From NCBI GenBank assembly GCA_000002445.1, contig CP000071.1, forward strand, positions 416,001-480,000: a stretch of DNA of 64,000 nt, read 5' to 3'. Position 1 is the first letter of the stretch, and each line of letters opens with the position of its first letter. Of the stretch, positions 56,502-64,000 are shown one piece after another. Under the pieces are notes generated by a model. It was not told the origin of the DNA and made no database searches. It was given only the letters and a program-made list of their open reading frames with translations. The DNA comes from Trypanosoma brucei. Its lineage: Eukaryota. Both the position numbers and the translations under genes were made by a program.

Positions 56502-57725
56502 ATGGCATCCCAAAATGCAGCAACTAATGGCGATGGTGTAACCGCATACAGAACTGAGTCCGCATCCCTGATGAATGATAACAAACGAAGGAATGACAAG
56601 CAAACTGAGGACCAGCGCCCTCCCTTCACTGTCGGTTCCTATGCACTTGGTATTGTGATGATTCTTTGTGTCGCAGTTATATGGACATATGCTTCAGTGT
56701 TGATCCAGTACATATATGAGGCGGAAGAATATGAGAAGCCATACTTTATGACCTACTTTAACACTAATACGTTTGCTGTCAATAATATCGGGTTCCTTTT
56801 ACTGAGCTCGTGGCGCCGGCTACCGTGGAAAAATGGTGAGCGGACCTCGTCATTGGTTATATATGATGATGCTCTCAAAAGAACATTCGTCTCGGGTGCC
56901 TCGGCACCCGACAACGAGCCCGCGGATGGGGCGGATGTTTCGCGGGGTGGACCACAGAGTGAGGCGGAACGAATAAGGCCATACAGCAAGTTCAGGGTTT
57001 TCAAGTGCGCAGCCTTCTTTTGCCCAATTTGGTTCTTGGCGAATTCCCTGTTCAACGCCTCCCTTGCAGCCACTTCCGTTTCCTCTGTTACTGTTTTGAG
57101 CAATACGTCTGCCATCTGGACCTTTTTACTATCACTCATATTCTTTAATCAGAAGGCCACCTGGCCCTGTCTGCTTGCCATGACGATGACCATTATCGGT
57201 GCGTGTCTGGTTGGGTTCTCTGACGCGGAGAACACTGAAAACGAAACCGTTGGGGGGGATATTTATGCTCTACTAGCTGCTATCTTCTACGCCGTTTACA
57301 CAAGCATCATCAGGTGGCACGCTTCAGACGATGACCGGTATAGCATTTTAATGCTCTTTGGCTTTGTGGGCGCCCTGAACACCATTCTTTTTTGGCCACT
57401 TCTGCTTATTTTTCACTTTACCGACTTCGAGACCTTCCAGACCCCCGGTGGGATTCAATTTGCACTGCTCCTAGTGAACGCACTAGTGGGAACAAACCTC
57501 AGTGAGGTGTTGTGGGCGCGTGCGGTGCTGCTCACCTCGCCCACAGCTGCAACGTTGGGTCTCACTTTGACAACACCTTTGGCTATGACCTCAGACCTCC
57601 TCATAAAGCAGAAGTCCTTCAATGCGATGTACATAATAGGAGCTGTTTTGCTGACACTAGGATTCATTTGCTTTAATTTGGAGCAACAGCTCATGAAGTT
57701 GCTAAAGGGTTCGCGCTCCAGTTAG
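56502..57725 (+). CDS. Multi-pass membrane transporter, DMT superfamily (SLC35F/EamA-like)
   Basis: 407 aa, ATG confirmed. About ten hydrophobic helices fall into two EamA-like halves (…FFCPIWFLANSLFNASLAATSVSSVTVLSNTSAIWTFLLSLIFF…; …LLLVNALVGTNLSEVLWARAVLLTSPTAATLGLTLTTPLAM…). The N-terminus is hydrophilic. Confidence 0.75.
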   Translation: MASQNAATNGDGVTAYRTESASLMNDNKRRNDKQTEDQRPPFTVGSYALGIVMILCVAVIWTYASVLIQYIYEAEEYEKPYFMTYFNTNTFAVNNIGFLLLSSWRRLPWKNGERTSSLVIYDDALKRTFVSGASAPDNEPADGADVSRGGPQSEAERIRPYSKFRVFKCAAFFCPIWFLANSLFNASLAATSVSSVTVLSNTSAIWTFLLSLIFFNQKATWPCLLAMTMTIIGACLVGFSDAENTENETVGGDIYALLAAIFYAVYTSIIRWHASDDDRYSILMLFGFVGALNTILFWPLLLIFHFTDFETFQTPGGIQFALLLVNALVGTNLSEVLWARAVLLTSPTAATLGLTLTTPLAMTSDLLIKQKSFNAMYIIGAVLLTLGFICFNLEQQLMKLLKGSRSS

Positions 57726-59214
57726 GGCTCATGGAGTGTGTCACTGAGGAATGTGATGGAAGGGCATAATTGAAGCTAAACATATAAATAATAATCAATT
57801 CGTGTCATAAAACATAAGTGTGCATATGTAAGTATGGTAAGAAATAAAGTGAAATTGGTTTCAAAAAAAAAAAGGAAAAAAAAACAACTAAAAAATAGTA
57901 ATTGACTAACGAGGAAAAACAAAAACTTCGTGGCTAAGTTTAATTGGCTTAGCGTGGGAGGCGGTAACGCTGCTAATATGAGAAGAGTGGGTAATGAGGA
58001 GGAGTGTCGTGCAGGACCCGTTACCCCTTTGGAGGATGGAGTAAAGTGCCCCTTTGCAAAGCACTGCAAGCTTCCGTCATCTGCGGGTTCCCTTTTGTCT
58101 ATCCAGCAAAAGAAGGAACAACGTCATGTGAGCGGCTTGCCGTTGAGTGAAACGGAAAGGGTAAAAATAATAACAGCGGTGAGAAGGAGCCGCAGTACTT
58201 CTGCAGCATCAGGAGGATAGATTCAAAGAGAGCTGGGAAAGCAATGGTAAACGAGGAATGTTAAGTGACAAATGCATGATTGTAAGTAAAGTGAAGTACA
58301 TCGTGTTTCCGTCTTTGTCTTTTTTTTGGTACGGCTACAACGCGAAGCTAGAAGTGGTAAATCCTGTTTGACCTTCATGGTTGCACATTTACACGTGAGC
58401 GAAGGCCGGGACGAGGTTATGTAAAGGGATGAATGACATGGGGAGACGGTGAAATATGTTAGGGAAATTAAGGAAAGAACGCAAAACAGCGAGAGGGCAT
58501 GTGCTGCATGAATTAGTGTGAGATGTGTCCTGATGAAGTGTCGAAAGGTAACAAAAGAAAAAGTGGCTTGTACTTGTGTTTATGGACGCATTTGTTTATG
58601 TATATGTTTGTGCTTATGGTCTTTAAACACTTTTTTTTTACTTTGTGGCTTCTAACCTCCCTACAGCGGTTGACTCGAAAAGTTGCCGTCATATGCACCC
58701 ATTGCTCACAAGCGTAAGGGAACCAACTGGCAATGGCACCTTCGTTTCCGTTTACAGGCCGCGTTTGGTCCTCCCGCTCTTCGTTCCCCGGTGTATCATG
58801 AGTGAAACTGGTGCGTGACTTGGGACGGGGAGAAGACGGGAGGGTAATACATGGTTTGGTTAGCGTAGGTACCTGCCCCTCCATTTATTTAAATTTGATA
58901 TTCGCTTCTGTACTTCAATTTTTCGGTGTTGCTCTTGCGTCATCATATGTCTTTACCCCAGCGGGCACTGTTCTGTATTTTATTTCCTCCCTCTCCTGCC
59001 TATCATCTTTTCCACAGCTTCTCCTTTTCGTTGCCGTGGGGCCCATGGAGTGGGGAGAGTGGGACCGGTACAGGGGGGGGGGGAGAAAATCAGATAAAAA
59101 CCGTGACCTCCAGTGGAGGAGACAGCGCGCGTGGTACCGTTGTTCGATTATATCACCGGAGAATCGACGATACAACACCCACATCTCTTGTCTGTCCTTG
59201 AGAAGTTAGTCTGA

Positions 59215-59234
59215 TGTGTGTGTGTGTGTGTGTG
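59215..59234. repeat. (TG)10 microsatellite
   Basis: Direct read of 'tgtgtgtgtgtgtgtgtgtg'. Confidence 0.8.
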
Positions 59235-59944
59235 CGCGAGGTAGGAATGGAGTGCCAATATTGGAAACATTAGGCTCGCCCGTTGGGTTCTATTGTGTGC
59301 GGGCTGTTCAACATTTGTTTGTTCTTCCACCCCACCGTAGGGTTTCAGAGGAAGGAAGCAGGCTTGCGGTTCCTTCCTAAAATTTGTTTTACTTGGTTAA
59401 CATCCCTTTCAATCCCGACCGCACACGGTATGTTTCAAAAGACAGAAAAGAACCAGAGATGTTGATTTTTACCCCACTAACTATGGGGGGATCATATAAG
59501 TCATTTGCTCTGCATCTTGGGATCTCCCTTATATGGGATGAAGTGCTGGGACTGATTGGTTTCCAAGGGGTGTTTTTTGTCTTCTTGTTTTTTGCTTGGA
59601 TGAAGACTGTGGTTAACGGGCTGAGTCACTCAAGCCACCCAATTGCTTTGAATATTGTCTGATTTAGTGTCGAAACTGACCAGGAGAGTGTCAGAGGAGT
59701 GCAGAGGGGGAGTGAGTGGGTGTGCATTGCTTAACATTGCCCTTTCTCACTGTTAGCTCTTTATTGATCTTTTTTTTCGTTCTGCTTTTGTTTCGAATCG
59801 TGTATACGAAATCCAACGCCGGTCCGATGAACTATGCAGTAGGGGGACGCTATTGGTCCGAGGCACCAATAACAAAAAGAGACAGGCCAAGAGTGTCGAT
59901 AGCGGGATCAGCGACAAGGAAGGGAGACATTGGGGGTGCCCCGG

Positions 59945-61681
59945 ATGGAAAGGGGTATGTGCCTCGTGGAGCGAGATGTTGACGGCCTCTCCTGCAAGAC
60001 GATGCTTGCTCCACAAGGGTGGGTGCAGCGCGTGCACCACGACGTGAGGGACAAGTGCTCGGTGAATGTTACACACTTCACGAGCCTTGATTCATTATCT
60101 ACGTCCCTTTATGTAACAGAATACTTTCTTCCACGTCCCACCTCGGTTGAGAGCGGTTCATCAGCGGGGGTGACACCCGAAGCGTTGGCCGCTTCCTTGG
60201 CACAGCTCTTAGATCCGTCTAAGTTCTCACTCTGCACTGCGTGGGAGGTCCCACAGTCTGCCCCCACTGAAAGCTGCGGCCCACTTGGGAAGTTGCTATG
60301 CAAGTATGTTCTTTTGGTTAGTGTTGCACTCTCTACAAGAGAGAGGGATGCTACATACGCGAGATGTAGTTTTGATGCAGTTGTTTATGACTTGAAGGAA
60401 CGCTACCTGCAGCTCTCAAGAGGGAGCGATGTGGTTGGGTTAAGTTCCACTGAGTGGGTTGCTGGAAATAGCGCTGTCTGTACGAGACGAGGCTGCTGTG
60501 TTATCCATGTCACCGCGCCTCCAGGAAGAAATATTTGTTGGCATCCACAACTAGGTGGTGAGGCCACCTGCAAACTCGGAGAGGCTGCGAAGGAGCTAGG
60601 TCTTGTATCTGAGAATTTGAACTTTCTCTTGTATGAGGACGCCGCTGGCAGTGTGGAAGTGATGTTTGCCCTCCTACCCCTCACTCCTGGTGTCTGCATA
60701 ATGAAACGCGGTGACTTGCAGCGTGCTTGGTTGCGGCGTACCCGCGGCAGTAGGTGGCGTTCGTTGCGACTTCCAACACCACGTCTTACCACGGGGGTTG
60801 TTGATCCGTGTAATTCCCTCTATGACGTGCGACCGCCCGGCTCCTTTTATTTGCTAGTGAGGGGTGAGGGCGGTACAGCGCGTAGCGTCATCGCATGGCT
60901 GATGGAGCCGCGTGTAGGAAGTGACAGCTCTATCGTTTTGCTGACCACCTTTCACACGGCCAGAGGCGGAGCTGTTTCCGCTACCGCTAGTGTCGTCGCT
61001 ACTGACGCGGCTATTACTGTTGATACTGCTGCCGTTGACCCGGCAACTGCAGCGCAGTGTCTAAAACACTGCAAATGGTTGCGCTCTACATTTTGCGCGT
61101 CTGTTGGGATGACTTTTTCGTGGTCTGCGCTATGCGTGGGAAAAAGTCCCGGATTATTGTTCCGCCAGGGGAACCTTGTGATCCAACTTCCCTCCGAGTC
61201 TACGCGGTATGCGAGCGCCAGCGCTGTAGCGGCCGCTTCTGCGGTCAGCAGAGGCAACGAAAGCGCAGCGTTGGGTTCCATCACGGTGGAAGCTGTAGAC
61301 CGTGCGGACGGAACGGAGCGGCGAGCAACGATTACACTGTTGCGTGAGTTCCGATGCGCCATCGACTTTATGGATTACGTTGTTACAGAGTTCACGTATG
61401 AAGCCCACGTTGACCGGCGTTCTGCAGTCATGCGGAGGTGTAAGGCTCCGTTGGCGCTTCTTCCCGGTGGAGGGCAGGGCACGGGTAAATGCCCGGAGGC
61501 ATACAGCTTTTGGATCCGCCTTGGGGAGAGGGATGCGATTCATTATGTTGTGCGTGAGTGTGGTATCGGCCGCCTTCTGCTAGCGCAGGCGTGTGTGACA
61601 GACTGCAGTCCCTTCAGTGATGTGGTGGCGGAGAGGTGGGAGAGCTGGGTGGGTGGTATTGGCGTCGCTTCCATTCTTTGA
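59945..61681 (+). CDS. Hypothetical protein
   Basis: The track ORF starts on a TTG at 59930; the first ATG is at 59945-59947, giving 578 aa. It is Ala/Ser/Val-rich. No family recognised. Confidence 0.65.
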   Translation: MERGMCLVERDVDGLSCKTMLAPQGWVQRVHHDVRDKCSVNVTHFTSLDSLSTSLYVTEYFLPRPTSVESGSSAGVTPEALAASLAQLLDPSKFSLCTAWEVPQSAPTESCGPLGKLLCKYVLLVSVALSTRERDATYARCSFDAVVYDLKERYLQLSRGSDVVGLSSTEWVAGNSAVCTRRGCCVIHVTAPPGRNICWHPQLGGEATCKLGEAAKELGLVSENLNFLLYEDAAGSVEVMFALLPLTPGVCIMKRGDLQRAWLRRTRGSRWRSLRLPTPRLTTGVVDPCNSLYDVRPPGSFYLLVRGEGGTARSVIAWLMEPRVGSDSSIVLLTTFHTARGGAVSATASVVATDAAITVDTAAVDPATAAQCLKHCKWLRSTFCASVGMTFSWSALCVGKSPGLLFRQGNLVIQLPSESTRYASASAVAAASAVSRGNESAALGSITVEAVDRADGTERRATITLLREFRCAIDFMDYVVTEFTYEAHVDRRSAVMRRCKAPLALLPGGGQGTGKCPEAYSFWIRLGERDAIHYVVRECGIGRLLLAQACVTDCSPFSDVVAERWESWVGGIGVASIL

Positions 61682-62122
61682 GGTTAGGGTTGAAGGGAGA
61701 AGGACGAGGCGCAGGGTAGAACGGAGGACGCCACGGCTAACTTGCACATCGCAGCGAGTTGTTGCAGTTTTCTGTTTTCGTTGTTTACTATCTTTTCGTG
61801 CGGCCTTTAGTGCACCGCTGACAAATCGTAAGACTTTAGTTACATCGCCCTTCGCTAAAGTATTAACCCTCGGGGCTGATCACAACCGCGTTTTCGTGAG
61901 TGCGAGCCTGTGTTGGGAAGTTTTCAATGGTGCTTATTCTTTTCCAACATGCTCCTCCCCCGAACATTTCTTTTGGTGTGTTTCGTTTGACGGGGAATGG
62001 TCCAGTATACATGAGGAGGTAGATTAACGACCCCCTTGTGCACATCGAAAAGGAAAGTATTGGTTTGTGTTTATATATAGGGTGGTAAGCAGTTCTCGTC
62101 AATTTTTGCGTACCTGTGCATC

Positions 62123-62461
62123 ATGTCACTTAGTGGTATTCTTTTCCCACAGAGATGTCATCATGCGGCACACGCGTTTAGTTCCCGTGGGGAACTGTGG
62201 ACAGCATTGGTTACCGATCACAATTTCTTAGTGCTACGCGGTGGGACGCTATGCGCAAGTGGGCCACTCTCTGCGCCGTGCGATGGTGATGGCGCTGGGT
62301 TTGAAGCTGAGGCCCATTCGGACTTGCCCGAGCCACCTCCAACCCCTTTGGCGTGCCGCATCTGCTGCAGCGAAAGGGATGATGACATTCGTGTTATCGT
62401 CATATCCATGAGTGGTGTGTACGTTGTTGATGTTACGGGGCCACGCATGCAGATGACGTAT
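62123..62461 (+). CDS. Short ORF (112 aa), uncertain
   Basis: Manual translation in frame 2 gives MSLSGILFPQRCHHAAHAFSS…ICCSERDDDIRVIVISMSGVYVVDVTGPRMQMT*. It is absent from the ORF track. It lies in the same frame as the downstream partial gene but is separated from it by three stops (62459 taa, 62465 tag, 62516 tag) and a (GT)6 tract. Confidence 0.25.
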
Positions 62462-62536
62462 CATAGTTTGTGTGTGTGTGGAGGCATACCGGGATGTTCC
62501 CGTGCTACGGTCCATAGTTCCCCTAACGAGGCCCAG

Positions 62537-64000
62537 ATGCCGGTTTGCCTCTCTGAGTGGTCTCATACACAGAAAGAAGAGTGTGCACGGAAGGCACTCG
62601 ATGCCGAGTTCGTGACGTCCACCGTTCTTGTGATTGCTTACAGTGATGCAGTTGAACTCATCGAGCTTAGTTGGAGAGGGCGGCAGTGGCACGAGCGGAG
62701 GGACCGGAATGAGGAGGAAAGGAGTAGGGGAGTAATGCGGTGGCGTGTGCGTGGATCCTATAGCAAACTGGCAGTATGCCGCGTGAGTATGTATCTGTCC
62801 GTTTCCCAGCGATCCTCTCTGGTGGAGGTATTTCCTCTGCAGCCGAGGTTAAGCGATCAGGAACAGAGGACGGAGCAAAGCACCGTTTCTTTTCCTCCGG
62901 TACTTCACGCTCCCCGAGAGGCTTGTGTCGATTCCTTCAGGTCGCTCTCTTATCGGACCCCCACCCCTTCACTCCTCGAAACAGCAGAGGGCAGTGCATA
63001 TGTGTGGCGGGGTGCATCTACGAGGTTGTGCAACTACAAGATTACATCTCTGGAGTGGCATCGTGTCTCAGGGTACTCTCTTTTGTGTGTCACGTGTCAT
63101 GAGTCGGATAGAGGACAACCCTTCATCGTATTTTTCATCGCGCAGCTGTGCCCAGTACATGAAGGGGCGCACGTGCGAGCGGGGTTGGAGACACAGCATG
63201 GAAGTGGTATGGTTGGGGTGAATTCTTCAACTGTTCACGAAGTCATGTTGACGCTTGTGCCCGCTGGGAAGGTGCCGCACAGCTCCATATCAGGCACCCC
63301 TCTTTCAGTTCACATTGTACCCAATTACATTTGTTCTCACAGCGAGGTACAGGGGAGTGACAAGTTGGAGCTTCTCTGCGTTGAAAAGGATGGATCTGTC
63401 TTTCGCTCTAGCTACTGCTACGACCCCCACCAAGGCAACTGTCTTGTGCGTTGCTCTTCCACTGAATGCTTGGTGCCGCAGCTACTAGGCCCAATCCAAA
63501 AACACTACGGTGATATAACTACCGTGGATGTGTTGCCCGCGTGGAGGCCCCGGGCTGTAGCGTTTGGCCCCTTAACTCCGGCTGTAGCGGCGCTATTGGA
63601 GGCACAGCGATACCGTCTTGTGTTGCGGTTCCGAAATGGTATGGTCGCGAGGGTCGTGGTGGATCTTGCAGCTGCGACAGTGCGTGTGGAAGCGTTTTTG
63701 ACGCTCGGCGTGGATGCGCACCCGCCACTTCTCGCTACGGCTGTTGTTGATGGTGTTTCTGGTCCGCAACAGATTGTGTTGGGCCTCACGCAGGACCGGC
63801 TGTTCGTGGTTCGTCGTACTTTGTTCTCTGGTGGTTTAACCGAGGCTTCAGTATCCGTTGTTGGACCACTTGCTCTGGAGCATCTCCAAAAGTTAGTTTG
63901 TGGTTCCTCTGTGTGTGGGGACGATGACGCTGGTAACGAAATGAAGGGGAACACTTGTGTGGAAGAAAGTGAAGCGTTGCGGTCTTTCATGCAAGCCAAG
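62537..64000 (+). CDS. Hypothetical protein, partial (continues beyond the window end)
   Basis: Manual translation gives frame 2 open for 494 codons from 62519 to 64000 with no stop. The first ATG is at 62537-62539 (MPVCLSEWSHTQKEE… through …EESEALRSFMQAK). It is not in the track because it has no stop. The antisense 164-aa track ORF at 63505-63999 is probably a shadow of this frame. Confidence 0.55.
   Translation, partial: MPVCLSEWSHTQKEECARKALDAEFVTSTVLVIAYSDAVELIELSWRGRQWHERRDRNEEERSRGVMRWRVRGSYSKLAVCRVSMYLSVSQRSSLVEVFPLQPRLSDQEQRTEQSTVSFPPVLHAPREACVDSFRSLSYRTPTPSLLETAEGSAYVWRGASTRLCNYKITSLEWHRVSGYSLLCVTCHESDRGQPFIVFFIAQLCPVHEGAHVRAGLETQHGSGMVGVNSSTVHEVMLTLVPAGKVPHSSISGTPLSVHIVPNYICSHSEVQGSDKLELLCVEKDGSVFRSSYCYDPHQGNCLVRCSSTECLVPQLLGPIQKHYGDITTVDVLPAWRPRAVAFGPLTPAVAALLEAQRYRLVLRFRNGMVARVVVDLAAATVRVEAFLTLGVDAHPPLLATAVVDGVSGPQQIVLGLTQDRLFVVRRTLFSGGLTEASVSVVGPLALEHLQKLVCGSSVCGDDDAGNEMKGNTCVEESEALRSFMQAK

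Noticed and set aside
57930-58220. 96-aa plus ORF in the 2.2 kb spacer between the transporter gene and the next gene
   Set aside because: It is short and A/G/S-rich with no motif, in a region full of poly-A/T tracts typical of UTRs. It is kept only as a remote possibility.
1-64000. A prokaryotic interpretation (operons, defence islands, prophage) as invited by the task framing
   Set aside because: The gene structure is kinetoplastid: multi-kb strand-coherent gene runs, 5′ pyrimidine/AG signals, a eukaryotic 5S, and eukaryotic protein families (TSR1, SNARE, SLC25, eL8, F-box). No bacterial-type system is present.

Overview
This window reads as nuclear DNA of a kinetoplastid, most consistent with a Trypanosoma brucei-group chromosome. 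I base that on long strand-coherent gene runs with no introns, polypyrimidine tracts followed by AG just upstream of start codons, and a 5S rRNA whose sequence matches the trypanosome consensus I recall; no database search was possible.

The ORF track accepts GTG/TTG as starts. I re-checked every start codon and moved several to the first in-frame ATG.

Layout, left to right:
- 1-29,512: a minus-strand polycistronic unit.
  - A partial hypothetical gene runs off the left edge. It is missing from the track but is a 488-codon open frame.
  - A 722-aa S/R-rich protein has a C-terminal PH-like domain.
  - Next come a mitochondrial carrier, a tail-anchored Qb-SNARE-like protein, and two tandem copies of 60S ribosomal protein L7a. 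The L7a copies are identical across the coding sequence but unrelated in flanking sequence.
  - A 362-aa acidic protein has a WW-like segment.
  - A 4,224-aa protein carries serial P-loops and may be a divergent dynein/AAA+-like protein.
  - A small two-TM membrane protein closes the unit.
- 29,513-30,030: an unusually compact divergent strand-switch region of about 0.5 kb.
- 30,031-31,095: a plus-strand F-box-like gene.
- 31,096-37,748: a 6.6 kb block that is gene-free and not AT-rich, with only short broken ORFs.
- 37,749-44,440: a tandem array of minus-strand 5S rRNA genes.
  - The unit is about 735-736 bp; I see eight complete 120-nt copies, one truncated copy, and a 60-N assembly gap.
  - Each spacer carries a G10-12 tract and an A-rich tract.
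- 44,467-46,173: two ~234 bp inverted-repeat arms at 90-97% identity, enclosing a 1.24 kb spacer directly against the array end.
- 46,174-48,032: non-coding; the 47,500-48,032 stretch just upstream of TSR1 is AT/T-rich (polypyrimidine).
- 48,033-64,000: a plus-strand polycistronic unit.
  - In order: ribosome-biogenesis TSR1, a mitochondrial acyl-CoA dehydrogenase-like protein, a possible small ORF, a MaoC-type (R)-hydratase, a hypothetical protein, an SLC35F/DMT-type transporter and a 578-aa hypothetical.
  - The unit ends with a short 112-aa ORF and a partial gene running off the right edge.

Microsatellites ((AT)n, (CA)n, (GT)n) lie in the intergenic regions. Nothing prokaryotic was found: no CRISPR array, no operon-style defence system.
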